Below are positions 1 through 12,033 of a stretch of DNA of 44,693 bases, piece after piece. The position numbers and the translations under genes were made by a program. Positions within the stretch are counted from its first letter, which is position 1. Each line of letters opens with the position of its first letter. A model generated the notes under the pieces. The model saw only the letters and a list, made by a program, of their open reading frames with translations. It searched no databases and was not told where the DNA came from. This DNA comes from Raillietiella orientalis (taxonomy: Eukaryota): contig JAYWIR010000026.1 in NCBI GenBank assembly GCA_036172245.1, positions 2,976,001 to 3,020,693 of the forward strand, written 5' to 3'.

Positions 1-3000
1 AATGACGAATTAACTCGGGCCTGTCCAAAAAGGCCATAGAGGCTGGATAAAGGGCTACGCAATCCATAATGCGGCCCTGGTCCGGTTTACTTCTCAGCAC
101 ATTACTTCTTTGGAGCCTTTTCAAGCCCCGAATGGATCGGGCTATTATTTTCCGGTCATTCTCGCGGAGAGTCCTATTGGAAAGTTGGATGGATACTTTG
201 CTTGCTCGAATAGACCACTGTAGGTTAAGCCTCTTCGAGGCTTCGCGAGCTCTGGACCAATAGTCGTTGGGGTCTCCCGACTGTCGATGAAAAGGAGGGT
301 CAATGTCTTCGCTAATATAACCGGATATTAAGGTGTCAGACGGTTGTTGTCGCACCTTCCTCCGGACAGTTTTATTCAGAGAGGCACAGGCCATCTCTCT
401 TATGGTTAGGTCAGGGCGTGTCAGTATTTTAAACGCTAAATCAATGGCCATAATATCGGCCTCTTCGGCGAGGATCATCAGCCCTAGACCACCATATCTC
501 TGAGACCCGTAGAGATACTCTGTGGAAGAGGCTCTGGTCAGCAGGAGAATGTCCTTCTTCAAGGTTTTCTTAATTACTTCATCCAGGTCGCTCCAAAAGC
601 CCCTGGGCTTAGAGCCCATCCGCATGGAGTGGATGAAGGATGGAAAAATAAACGTTTTTAATGCATCTAGCGTTTGCCACGGAGCTAGTGGTGCCTCCAG
701 GATTTTGGCAACGCTGGATCGGATGTCGGCTTCAAGCGCATCACGGTGGATGGCATCGAACCCAATCGGCTTCCCCAGGTAGCTGTAGGTGCCAACGTCT
801 GTGAGGGCGGGCAAGAGCTCACCCGCCACTCGGAATCGTTGGCGTCCAACAGTTCTTGGGGTGCTCGGATCGTACTGAAACGATGCACACTTCTTGGCAT
901 TAATTGACAAACCGAGTCGAGATGCCATTGCGCTAGCACAATCAAGTGCTTTTTGAAGTTCAGCCGCATCCTTTGCTAATATGACTAAGTCATCTGCGTA
1001 GGCTAACAGATTAGCTTTAGGCACTTGGCTCTTGATGCATACACAAAGAGGCTCTAATGTGATGTTAAATAGCAAGCTTGATAGAGGGCAACCTTGCTTG
1101 TCCCCCCTTTTGAGGGGAATGGGCGCTGATAGCCCTTCTTTGGTAACAATCCGGGTGGTGTTCCCGGAATACATCTGGCAGACAAGCTCTGCAAACTTTT
1201 CACCAGCATTTGCGCTGTGAAGTGTGCTTAGCAGCTGCGAATGGGGGACCGTTGCAAAAGCATCTTTAAGGTCCAACCAAGCAATATTTATGAATTGATG
1301 GTGACGTTTACAGTATTCCATCTGGTGTCTAAGCATGAAATTATGCTCCATAACACCGTCATATGGAAGAAAGCCCTTCTGGTGCGGGCCAAGAATCCTG
1401 TTTGCCGAGATCCAGTCGCGGAGTCTTCTGGCGAGGCATTTTGCGAATATTTTTCCAATAGTCCGGCTAATGGCTATTGGCCGAAAGTGTGCGGGATCTT
1501 CGCTTCTTACTGCAGAATTTTTTGAGATTAGCGTCGTCCTCAATTCCTTCCATTCGTGGGGAATGCGGTGGTGTGCCAAACAGATGTTAAATATCGCTTT
1601 TAGAAACCGACACTCTGAATCGAGTTTCTGAAAGGCAGAGTAGGGGATACCATCCGACCCGGGCGCCGTGTCTTCACACTGTCGGAGACAATTGGCGATT
1701 TCAGGGGGAATCAAAGGGAGACATATCCACTTGCGCTTCCGTTGATCCTTCCACGGGGTCCCACGCCACGGAGCGAAAGTCGGGACGAGCCTTAAACAGC
1801 TCCTTGAAATATAGTTCGACACGCTCAGGGGATGCCTGGCATTGTACTTGGTTGCCGTCCAAGATATGCCTGATCGCCCTTCGGCGATTCCTGCCGTACA
1901 TCCTCTGCAGCGACTTAGCAGACACACTTAGTTGCCGGTGTTCTTGGGTTGGGGGGGTGAAGAGACGTAGTTTGAGGATGTTTCTGATCGCGTCATAAGC
2001 GGCATTCAGCTCCTTCATTGCTAGCTCCCAATGCTCCATGGAAGTTTTCCGTGATTCTAGGTCTTCAAGGAATCGTGTTGTTTCCTCAAGCGAGCTTGTA
2101 AAGTTTTTTCTTGCTTCCCTCTCGGCTCCTCGATACGACGCTCCCGAGCAGCCGTCAACTAACGCATTCGGGAACCCATATCCACGCGAGCTTTCTCGCT
2201 CTCCATTACGGATGGCGTAATCGCGGGAGTTGAGAGCGGGGGGAGGGCTCTTTCCCGGCGGGTCGCCCTTACGCCTCATCCTCTGTCATAAGTCGAAGGA
2301 GCAATCGCTACGATGGCGACGTAATAGGGTCGTACGCCGCACGCTCGCGTGGGTGGGAGTTGTCGCCGGAGTTCCTTCCCAGAGACCTTGTTGGCACCCC
2401 TTCTAGCTTCACTTTTGGTTCTTTGGTATGGTGCCCTCACGCATACGCTAGCTAATGCGCGTGCGGACCCACTACCAGGGAAGTTCTTTCGTTCATTCTC
2501 ACGATGGGTATCGAGGAAAGAGTTGAGGGAGCCAGAAGGGCTATCTCCCGACGAGCTGACCTCACGTGTTAACTTTTGCCTTAGGTCAAAGGGGCCGTCA
2601 CTACGATGGCGACGTAGTGGGGCCACACGACACGCGCTCGCGGGGGCGGGGAATGTGGCCGGCAGTTCATTTCTTTTACGCGGCTTCTTAACGTTCTTTC
2701 TATTTTCATCCTCAGCTTCTTGAAATGGTGTCTTCGCGCATACGCTGTTTAACGCGCGTGAGGGCCCATCTCCGCGGGAGTTTTCTTGTTCTCCCATATA
2801 AAGGGCATCATAACGAGAGCTGAGGGCGAGGGGAGGATTCCTTCTCAGGGGGCAATCTTCACGTGCTATCCTCCGATTGTAGTCATTGGTATCATTGCTG
2901 CGGTAGCGCCGTGAAGAGACCGTGCGCCACTCGCTCGTATGGTCAGGACTTGTTGAAAGGGCCGCTTCTCCTGCGCGCGGTTCGGTGGGGCTCAGCTGCT

Positions 3001-3800
3001 GATCAGTTCGAAGTACGTTCTCAGCTGTTTGTTGGCCCCGAAGACCACGCGTGTATCTTCTCTCGGCGGTCCTGTTAATGGCGTCGTGCCAACGGGCGTG
3101 GTTCGCCAAAGCTTTTTTGTTTAAGAAGGTCTGCCCACAGTTCCGTTCCGGACATGGAAACGGGACAGGCGGCGCAGTTGGGATGATCCTCAGAGCACAT
3201 CGGTGGCGTCAGACTGGGTTAGGAATGGGGACATCACATTTCCTGCATACTAAACGCGCATCTTGCACGGGTATCCAGTGGGATGTCCTAATGTGGCGCT
3301 TCAGTGAACCGACTGTGCTCTTAGTTTGGTGAGTCGAGGTGCTCCATCTGCACCTTGGTAGAGGGCAGGCTGAACAGCTAGGCGTAGGATAATACACAAG
3401 CAGCACGTCGTCTTGTGTCAGCGTGGAATCTACGCGATCAGGTATTCGCGGCGCCAAAGGTGCGGGATCGAGGATTATCGGCCGAACGCGACCTTCTCGC
3501 TGCGTTTCTACTTGCTTAGAGAGTACACTTACTATCGGCTCCTCGAACGGGAGTCTTTTTCTGCCACCGTTGGCTCCGGCTTTCTTCTGGTGGAGATTTT
3601 TCTGGCGCGGCCCCTTTTTCTTCGCGACTCCTTCCTCCACTGACCGAATGTATGCCGGGTGGACGGAAGTGGGCGAGGGGGGAGAACAGGGGACGACCAC
3701 TGCGATAGTTTTCATAGGGGAGAGCTGCTCTAGTATGTCTAATCCAATTTGCGACGGTGACGCAACAGTAAGGGTACAGTGGCTGGAGGGCATTAAATTT
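1..3800 (-). mobile_element. Decayed R2/NeSL(Utopia)-like non-LTR retrotransposon; 3' part lies beyond the left edge
   Basis: Minus-strand fragments in order: C2H2-type fingers (CPLPRC...SLKRHIRTSH...CRKC; FPCPERNCGQTFLNKKALANHARWH, ~3090-3385), LQRMYGRNRRRAIRHIL, GSDGIPY (~1650), AWLDLKDAFATVPH (~1240-1285), KQGCPLSSLLFNI (~1060-1100), LAYADDL (~985-1005), PLAPWQTLDALKTF (~650-695), WSRAREASKRL (~230-260). Stops and frameshifts present; 5' boundary approximate; clade call is from motif recall only. Confidence 0.8.
2100..2915 (-). repeat. ~295-bp (~98-aa) degenerate tandem repeat, ~2.7 copies, between the zinc fingers and RT
   Basis: ctacgatggcgacgta at 2308 and 2601, variant ctgcggtagcgccgt at 2898; each protein unit starts RR(Y/H)RS(N/D) and contains AL(S/N)S or SLNS and (R/N)AL..(V/G)C. 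Confidence 0.75.
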
Positions 3801-5529
3801 ACCAACTGCGCGAAGCCGATGAACAAAATTTTACAGTGCGAATGACGGGTTGCAAAGCAGAAAGGGTCTGTCCAAGCAGTGGAGAAGGGTTCTTTTAGCA
3901 ACTCGCAAATGATGCTCGACCCTGAACTCTCAAGACCTGGCGTATTACCAGCAGGAAGAGTTCGATTTATTTGGTAAAGTCGGCAAACCCTCGAATAAAT
4001 ACGCAAAAATATGGAAAACTGCCAAAATGAGCCAGAACACTTGACCAAATGTGCAAAAGTACATTGCTTATCTCAGAAACCCGACTTTTAAAGTCAAACA
4101 GTCGAATCCATCAACAAAGAGGGGGATAAGAACACAAAAACCGATTCATCAACGTCCTTCTGGCAAGACTGGCTGCTTAAGAAAAGACCAGAAGAGCAAT
4201 CTCACAAGTTTCAAGTTTTCTGTCTCCAGGACGACTCCTGCACCAATCATGCAACGCAAAGTTAATCAGTTGGTATCCCAGCGACTCCGTTATTCCTGCC
4301 GTATTCCTAGAAGATCAGATACTCAGGTTCTTTATCTGCAAGCGCTGAAACGAGTACAGAAAAAAAGCAATACTTCCCTCTACGGAGGCTCGAAGCTGAT
4401 AATGCATGCTTCAATGAGAGAAGTAATCAGCCACTGCTGTCATCACCAGCAACCAGGTTCCCTTTGTGCTTCACGAAACGCTCAGACTTCAACAACTGAA
4501 GGGAGCGTTGAGTATGTAACAAAAGCTTCCTGGCGGCGGGTAAAAGGAGTACATGAAAAAAAAGAAGTTACGCTGTCCCTTGTGACCGACGTGCGAATGC
4601 TGCACAGAAGGAAGCCCTCGAATCGACCTAGCAGAGATCCTCATTCCTCCAAAAAACCACCATCGCAACAAAACTGAAGACTTTCAGAGGTTTTTGACGA
4701 CTATCCAGAGGCAATTCACAATGACAAATCCCTGAAGCATTGGACATTTCCAACCCCTGGTCAGTAATCACTCCTCGAGAAGCGAGGGCAACGGATGCGG
4801 CCTGAGACGATATGCCAACGGACATCATTGTTTACACAGCGACACTTCCGTTACCTTCTGTATTCCCGTTGACCAACGCTGTATTTAATGAAGAACTTCT
4901 ACAAGTCGGCACAAAACATTGGTCCCAAGAATCGTTTCAAAAATATACTTAATCCACTGTGAGGTAGATTTCTAATGCAGACCTGACATGTGACCATAGA
5001 CGATGGTTTCTTGTGAAACCATACGGGCACCCATCGAAAAACCCACTAGTCGGTGTAGGCAAAAATTTGCCGCTGCGATTCCTCCCCACGAATAACAATG
5101 ATGAAATGGCTGTCGGCGGAAGCACAAGAGCGAAAAAACAGCATCAGCGGATGCCAGCCCATTGAGAACAAACCGCAAGCAAAGCGCAACCGCGAGGACT
5201 AAAAATTCTTCCTGAGGACTGAAGAACCTTTTTCAAAATGCCATCCGCTTCGCATAGTTGCGTCTCTTCCAGATCATGCAGAGAAGCGAGAAAGCGTATA
5301 TGAGAAAGAAGCAGCCTCCGTCCGCCAGAAACCTCAGACTCTTAGTGGTAAAGTAGGAAAGACGACTTTGCTGTGACGTGTGCGTGCAGCGGCACTTTCC
5401 CCTCCAGGAGAAATTAAAGACGCTGAAATACTTGGCAGTGTCCACCTTTCGAAATGACTTCCCCGTGAGCACCGAGAAGTCTATGGTTCCACTGTATGCA
5501 CTCTTTTCCTCAAGTCCCATAAGGGGTGA

Positions 5530-6360
5530 ATGAATTTATTTTCTTTTATCATTCACTCTATATATCGATGCATTCATTTTCTCCAATCATTCAACCTGGA
5601 ATTCTTTTTCGTGAAATTAACACTCAGGTTCATCACACTTGGGGAACTGAACCTCGTTTATACCTGGACGTTGTCCTCAATCCTTCTCAGGATATGTCGT
5701 AGTTCCAGGCCTGTACTCTTCCACAGTTTCTTACGCCGGTCTACTTCTGGATAAGCCCTTTCAGGATTTCCATCGGAGATACGGCGGTGCTGGTGGTCTC
5801 CAGCTTCCACAATTGCACATAGATGGCGGTGATGAAGAGGGTGATGGTCAACCTAACCATGGGATTGTAATAGGGAACGTTCGCTTTCCTTGGAACACGC
5901 CTGCTAAAATTCCCATGGTCTATGTGATGAACAGCCCGATTACCCTTTTAAGGGCGTGCCACTCGTGGCATAGTGGGACAGATGAAGACGGGGAGACTTG
6001 CATCCTTGTCTCCACATGCTTTGAAGGCCTCATCCCCTCTTCGCCCGTGAAACCCTTCTTGGTTGTCACACAAATTTCCTCCATGATCAAACAACAGTGA
6101 CAAGTCACTCTTAGAGAGCGTCGTGCCGATCGCCAACAGCTTTATCTCAGCACTCCCGTGACGATCAGCGGCTTCTTGGAGGGCATTGGTGTCTTTTTCC
6201 TATTCGACTATTACTCCGCATTGGTTTCCCTTTGTTACCCTAGAACGCACGTAGATGCTGTGGTTTTTCCACACCTCATAGTTTCTATGAATCTTCCAGT
6301 TATCCTGTCAATGGATCGTAGCACTCAGGAGCATTAAAGGTACTTACATTGTCTCCATTA
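5530..6360 (-). pseudogene. Highly decayed 3' fragment of a different LINE ORF2 (zf-RVT-like C-terminus)
   Basis: Frame-jumping translation gives KACGDKDAS..VFICP..EWHALKRVIG and later RRKKLWKS, followed by an A-rich 3' end with AATAAA (~5536-5541). Confidence 0.35.
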
Positions 6361-6377
6361 TTTAGCTGCTTGTAGGG

Positions 6378-7592
6378 TTTTTACCAGGGAAAGCCAGGGC
6401 TTTTATTACGAAAAAAAATGGATTGACGAAAGTCGATCCCACATGAGGCGGTGGGCAACGCAATCTATTATTAAATAGAAGAAGGTCTACCTTTCCCCGC
6501 AATCTGCACAATGGACATCCATTCTCCCGAATGCCCAGTGTGAGAAGCGTGCTCTGCTTAAAAGTCCCCAATGGAGCAGAAGCAACGCCGTCTCCTGCCA
6601 CTGCAGGGGAAGGGTGCCGTTTTCCCAAGACGCTGGGGGCCGCTCCACCTCCTCTGGAGGTATATCGAGAAGCTCACCCCAGCACACAATTCCATTCGGC
6701 AAGACACTCGAGGTTGCATCGTCCGCTAGTTCCCAAGACGTCCACGCCTTTATAGGTATTCTCCTGCCTCCGATGAGGCAAGTCACTTCCCACGATGCCT
6801 CCTGTTGGCTGTCCCTGGCTTCTCTGAGGGAAGGCAACACGGGGGTAAGGGGGATGAAGGAAGCATACAGAAGTTTCTGTGAGTTCGAAACGATTTCCTG
6901 CAGTGGCTGGTCAGCGTACCTGCCTCGACGGAGGCAGGTACGCTGACATCGCTGGAGCTGACATCGCTGGAGTTGTTGATTATGCCCCCACGTCGAAACG
7001 GACTCCTGGAGCCAGGTAGTTTTGTGCGCGGGAACGCAGAAGATCCACGTGTTGTTCTTCACCAAGGCAACCAAGTCGCGTAGCTCAAAGCCACTATTGT
7101 CATGACTACGGTCGTTAGCCACTAGGAATGCGATCAATTCGGTAGCAGACGGTTACCCTATTGGCAAGGAGTCTTGTAAGCGCGCACAATGACTCTGTCC
7201 TTTTTCTTGCCAGCAGGGAGTGTTAGAGAATTTGCAGCTGCAGCTCCATGCCCTCCATCCTCAGAAAGTCCAAGCGACCGTCCCTTAGTTGAGCGCAAAG
7301 CTCTTTTAATCGGAAAAAGACCTCCCTGTACCCCAAAGCGCTTTTCTTATGAGGCCCCTTGTCCGTGTACTTACTTGACGAGAAAGTGTGAACACAAAAA
7401 GCAGGGAGCGGAGAAGGGTGGCCACAAAAGCGTTCCCCGCCGAGCCCCGTCCCGGCAAGAGGAAGTTGCCTTCCCGGAACGGGCCAATCGCCAGCTCTAC
7501 TTACTTTAGACGACCTGACCAGGCTTCAGACGGGTAGAAGTCCCTCAACGGAACGTCAAGGTACTACAGGTACCTAGCCGTGGGGATCCCTG
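6378..7592 (-). mobile_element. Element H: old 5'-truncated, internally deleted L1/Tx1-like copy (E-like C-terminus)
   Basis: GIPTARYL...VELAIGPFREG near 7590-7470; WGELLDIPPEEVERPPASW...WQETALLLLHWGLLSRAR...CADCGER (ORF 6487..7137); degenerate family terminus AATAAAAG-CCCTGG-CTTTC-CCTGG-TAAAAA at 6378-6407. Confidence 0.75.
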
Positions 7593-9663
7593 AGCGGTAT
7601 TTCGCCGCAGCGTTTATCATAAAAACAAACCTTAACAAAGACGTGCAATGGCTGGACCATTGCGCCAGCAACGCAGGAAGAAACACAGAGCCTGCCCGGT
7701 CACCTGTTCGCAGACCGGTACGGTCCACCATGGCAACAAAGGGAAGGAGGAAAAAACAAAAAAACAAAACAAAAAGAAAACAAAAAATGGGAAGGTACGG
7801 GAAGGGATCACTGTAGCTGGTGGGGCTGTTTCATCCTTTCCAGGATGCTGGCAAGCTCTTTCTGCATCCCGGGATCCAGGTATGGCCATCGCGACGCCCT
7901 CCTCGAGAATAAGACGGCGCCCTGGATGGCACCCTTGTCGCGTGGTACTCTCGTAGACGTGCTCCACGCGGCGACGATCCCGCGAAGGCAGCACAGGGTC
8001 GCTATCGAGCCTGCTGGCCGAAGGGAGTCGGCAACAAAGAGGGCTTTAAGAGCGTCCCTGGGGCTGCTGCAGGGGATTATGATGGCCGCGGCAAAGCATA
8101 ACCAACGGGGCCGAAGGGCAACACAATCCACAAGCTGGTTGGGGAAGGAATCCCGTTCCCCACACCTGACACATTTGGGGTCCATTGCACCCCAGGTCCA
8201 GTGGTGTCGGCAAGCGTTGCAGGGGAGTCCCTGGTGTTGCAACAGGAGTGCCGAATCCTGCCATTTTAAGGGGAGGTGGAGGTGTTCATCAGCACTTCTA
8301 GAAGCTCCCGCCAGCGCAAAAGTCCAATAAGGGTGGTAATCCGGGCCGCAGTATCGCAAACAATGCCCGTTTTCCATTTCCCCAACTTTTTCTCCGCACG
8401 AGAGACTTCCGCAACAACTTCCCATACCGCCGCAGTGTTGCTGTTCAGTTGGTCTACGAGGGAAAACAGCATTGCAGCGAGGGGAGTTTTCCTCGCACAT
8501 GCTCGTTTTTGAGGATTCTACAAGATCGCCCGGAGCGTGAGGCGGTGGTTGCGCGCAAGCAGTTGTATCCGATGTTGCACGGCGCGTTGCTCGTTACTCC
8601 TCTTCCACGTGTAAATGGTTTCCTGGAGCCAGGCTGTTCCGTTAACAGGGCGACAGAAGAGCCATCCCGCGTTCTTCTTCATCAGATCAGCCACTCTCCG
8701 CAGCTGCAACCCGCAGTGATCAACTTGGCGGCGACGACGGAGAGCAAGGAAGGATGAGAGTCTCACTTTGCCTGTTGCCTGTTCGACGAGGAGACTTGCG
8801 GGCTCGCACCAGCCGCTACTACAATACTTAGCTACTAGGGCGAGTAACCGAAACCCGAGCTTAAGCTCCAGCCGCTCCAGCGTCAGGAGGCCGAGCTCGC
8901 CGTTACTACGCGGAGCGCTCAAGTCCGAAAGCCGGACTCGAGCCCTCACTCTACCCCAAAGGGCAATCCTTAGGAGGTCCTTCGTCCGCTTTTTAGTCTC
9001 TGTGGTGAGGGGACAAACAAAAAGTAGGGAACGAAGGAGGGGGGCTGAGAACGCGTTCAACACTGCGGCCCGCCCCGGCAGGAAAAATCTGCGGCCTTGA
9101 AACGAGCCGATCGCAATCTCTACCTTCTGAAGGCAGCTGGATCACGCATCCGAAGGAAGAAAATCCCCCATCGGTACACTGAGGTACTTGAAGTAACGTA
9201 CCGTGGGGATACCCGAACAGACCCAGTCCGGCTGCCCTGCCCACGCCGCACCGATTGGCATGACGGACGACTTCGCCCTGTTCACCTTTAGCCCAATTCC
9301 CCGACTTAGCAGGTCAAAGGAACTCCTCGACCGCCGATGACGGGGTGGACATAGGGAGCAGCAGCAGAAGGTCGTCCGCGCATGCTGACACCGCAGGCGT
9401 ACCGAGACAGTCGCGTGGCAGGTGCGCTAGAGTTTCCCTGTACGCTCTCAGTAGCAACTCGAAGTAGGTACTAAAGAGCTAAAGACTCAGGCTGTCTCCC
9501 TGCCGTATACCGCGTCGCACCGGTACGCCCTACACGGTGTGTCTACTGAAAAAGATCTGGATGGGCGCGTCGCTCCAGCGGTATCGCAGGTAGGTCAGCA
9601 AAGAGACCGGGAAACCCAAGCGTGACAGGAGCTCCAGCAGGAGCCTCTAATGTATAATAGAAT

Positions 9664-9664
9664 G

Positions 9665-9698
<34 letters not shown>

Positions 9699-9699
9699 T
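9664..9699 (+). repeat. A28 tract flanked by GCTT direct repeats inside the F RT
   Basis: GCTT(9664-9667)-A28(9668-9695)-GCTT(9696-9699); the equivalent site in G (cataaagcattcg, ~39003) is uninterrupted. Confidence 0.8.
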
Positions 9700-9764
9700 T
9701 ATGCAAATCGACTGCGACTGCGAGGGCTCCCTCCCTCCCAACCATCCCGCTCCCAAGCGGCGCA

Positions 9765-11484
9765 CCGGTTCTCCCTGCTCCATGTTTTCCGATTCCGATA
9801 CAGGCCTCATCTGGACGGGTAGACAGGTATCTGCTACCTGCAATTCCTCCTCCATGAGGTCCGATTCGTTGGCTGGGCTGGTCGGTGGAAGGAGGAGGTC
9901 GTCAGCTTCCTGCTCCCCCTCCATCGTGGTTGACAGCTGCTCGGTCGCGGGGAGTGGGATATTCCCTTCCTCCGTTCTCACTCTACCGGCTTTCCCTCCG
10001 GCTACTGATGCGTCCCCCTTCTCCTTCTTGGTCGAGAGTCGCCGCCTCGGATTCTTGGACTTGAGTCCCGTCTTCTTTGGAGGCGCCTCCGCGGAGGAGG
10101 ACGCACTACCGGCATTCGGATCAGCATCACCTTCAGGTGCCTTCACCGCGGCCGGTCTTCTTACGGCTTTTCGTGCCGGAATCTCGCGGCCGACGAGTTC
10201 GGCCTCCAGCTCTTCCGCCGCCTGTTCGAAGGCGGCGTCCTCGATTACGGGCAGCGCATCGCACGGCTCCTCTGTTTCCAGAGAGAGTTAGCCTTCGAGA
10301 ATCTCTGCTTCCGCGCAAACGAGGCGGAAGTTGTTTCCTTCGGTGGCGACCTCTAAGGCCCCCATGCGCTCCAAAGTAACCGAGCATTCGCGAAGTAATG
10401 CGCGGCGCTCTCTGTTATCCAAAGATTTTGCCACTGGCTCCGCTTTCGTGCCTTCGGTTTTGTTTGGTATTTTTGGCTCAACTGTCCGCCAGCCCTTGTT
10501 CTCACCAGAGACTTCGGGAGTTTTCTCGACCGGCGTTTGCTGAGAGGGTTTGGGGTCTGGATTCTGGGTACGCCTTGCTGTAGCCACTTCAGGCTTTGAC
10601 ATTATTTCCGCGCGTTTTCCTTGAGCCTTTTTCAAAGCAAGGGAAGCCGGAATTTCGCGTTTTGTGCTCACTTTGCGGAGGAGGCCCTTTTCTCCGCATG
10701 ATAAACACTGGATGTGCGGGCTACGTTTTATCAGGTGCCCTGTGGCATCGCAGTGTCCACAGTACTTGGGTTTCCCTACGTACCAGACATCTACCTTTTC
10801 GTTGGTGATGTCCAGCTTGTGGGGTAACCCACCGTTTTCATTCATGGTTACACGCTCTGCGGCCATGCCACTAAGCAGCCTTCCATAGATCTTGTAGACC
10901 TTGGGCTTGAACCAGACCGCGTGTACCGTGCCGTATTGGCTGAGTGCCTCCTGCACGTTTTTTGTCGACATGCGGAGAGTAACTCCCTTGAGGTGCGCTA
11001 CTACGGAGCGGTTCTCAGTAACAGGGAAGAGGTTTCTGCCTTCCAGCGTAATGGGGAAGTTCAGCAGGAGTTGAGCCAGGCTTGCATCCTTGCAAGTCCA
11101 ATCCAACCGCTGACCCCCACTAAGAACGGAAAGACCTTCCAGCTCTTCTTCCTTAACGTTAAGGCGCTGCAGCTCCCTTTCGAAGTTGCGAGTGGTGTTG
11201 CCAACAAAGATATTGCCTACCTTATAGATTAGGGACGACTTATACCCTTGCTCCTTATATGCCGATTGTTCGGCCATGGCAGCAGCGGATGGTGCCGCAG
11301 CCACGGCGCTCCAAGTCCACGTCGTGGGCGAGGATGGCTCGGAGGGGTCGGTTGCACCCTTTTTCAAGGGGACCGATGCCCTCGCCTTCGTGGGGGCGAT
11401 CGTCCCCACCACCATGGGTTGGGGAGAGGAACTAGCCTCTCCTACTCCAATATCCATCGCGGTGTCCGCAGGCACTTCTACCAT
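9765..11484 (-). pseudogene. F ORF1 (RRM-like region plus CCHC knuckles), premature stop at 10288
   Basis: LPHKLDITNEKVDVWYVGKPKYCGHCDATGHLIKRSPHIQCLSCGEKG (both knuckles damaged). Confidence 0.85.
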
Positions 11485-11589
11485 GGTACATCGACGATGT
11501 GCCATACACACTCACAAATGAAACGAAAAAGAAAAGCTTCCCAAACTGGAGCGGTCGGAGTGCAAGAAGAACACGTCCACCACCCTTCG

Positions 11590-12033
11590 ACGAGGAAGAT
11601 CGTGATAGCCAAGGAGTTTAAACTTTGCCTGCTCTTAGGGGCGTGCTGCACGCAAAAGGTGCCGATCGAGTTGTGATCCGCAATGCGCGCGCGCAACTTG
11701 ATGAAAGGACACTCGGAAATGGGGGACAGCATCAAATTCGTTTCCCTTGACCACGACCTGTGTACTCGGTTTGGTAAACGAGGAAGGCTTCCGTCGACGC
11801 TGTCCGACCATTTCCGTCTGAAGTTCGATGTCTGGCTACGCTATAAGGGACCCCCATCCAGAGCGTGGCGCCTACCGGGGGATTGGACGAGGCTCCCAGG
11901 TGCGGCAGATTATCTCCGTCAATTCCTGAGAGGCGTATTCTCCGGAATCTCGAGGATTGGGACGTCTTCAAGCTTTCGGTCCGCGAATTCTGTGAGGATT
12001 TTCCTATGGGTGGACTTCCCCACGGATTTTGGG
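11590..12033 (+). pseudogene. Element D left piece: decayed APE C-terminus and linker
   Basis: AMRARNL...LSDHFRL...WRLPGDW...SVREFCEDFPMGGLPHGF, ending at the GF(G) codons. Confidence 0.8.

Larger units (their letters stand above)
7593..11590 (-). mobile_element. Element F: L1/Tx1-like copy with ORF1, internal deletion of APE and N-terminal RT, decayed RT/zf-RVT and 3' UTR
   Basis: 5' GGACGTG at 11572-11578; ORF1 10288..11511 continuing past a stop to ~9765; RT resumes just before GALAVAVDLHKA; ORF2 stop 7808-7810; 3' GATAAA plus GCGG/CCGC hairpin at 7594-7618. Confidence 0.85.

Noticed and set aside
4051..4677. 208-aa ORF as a host gene
   Set aside because: GTG start, no recognisable motif or exon context
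6942..6972. 15-bp tandem duplication gctgacatcgctgga
   Set aside because: Simple local slippage in a dead copy
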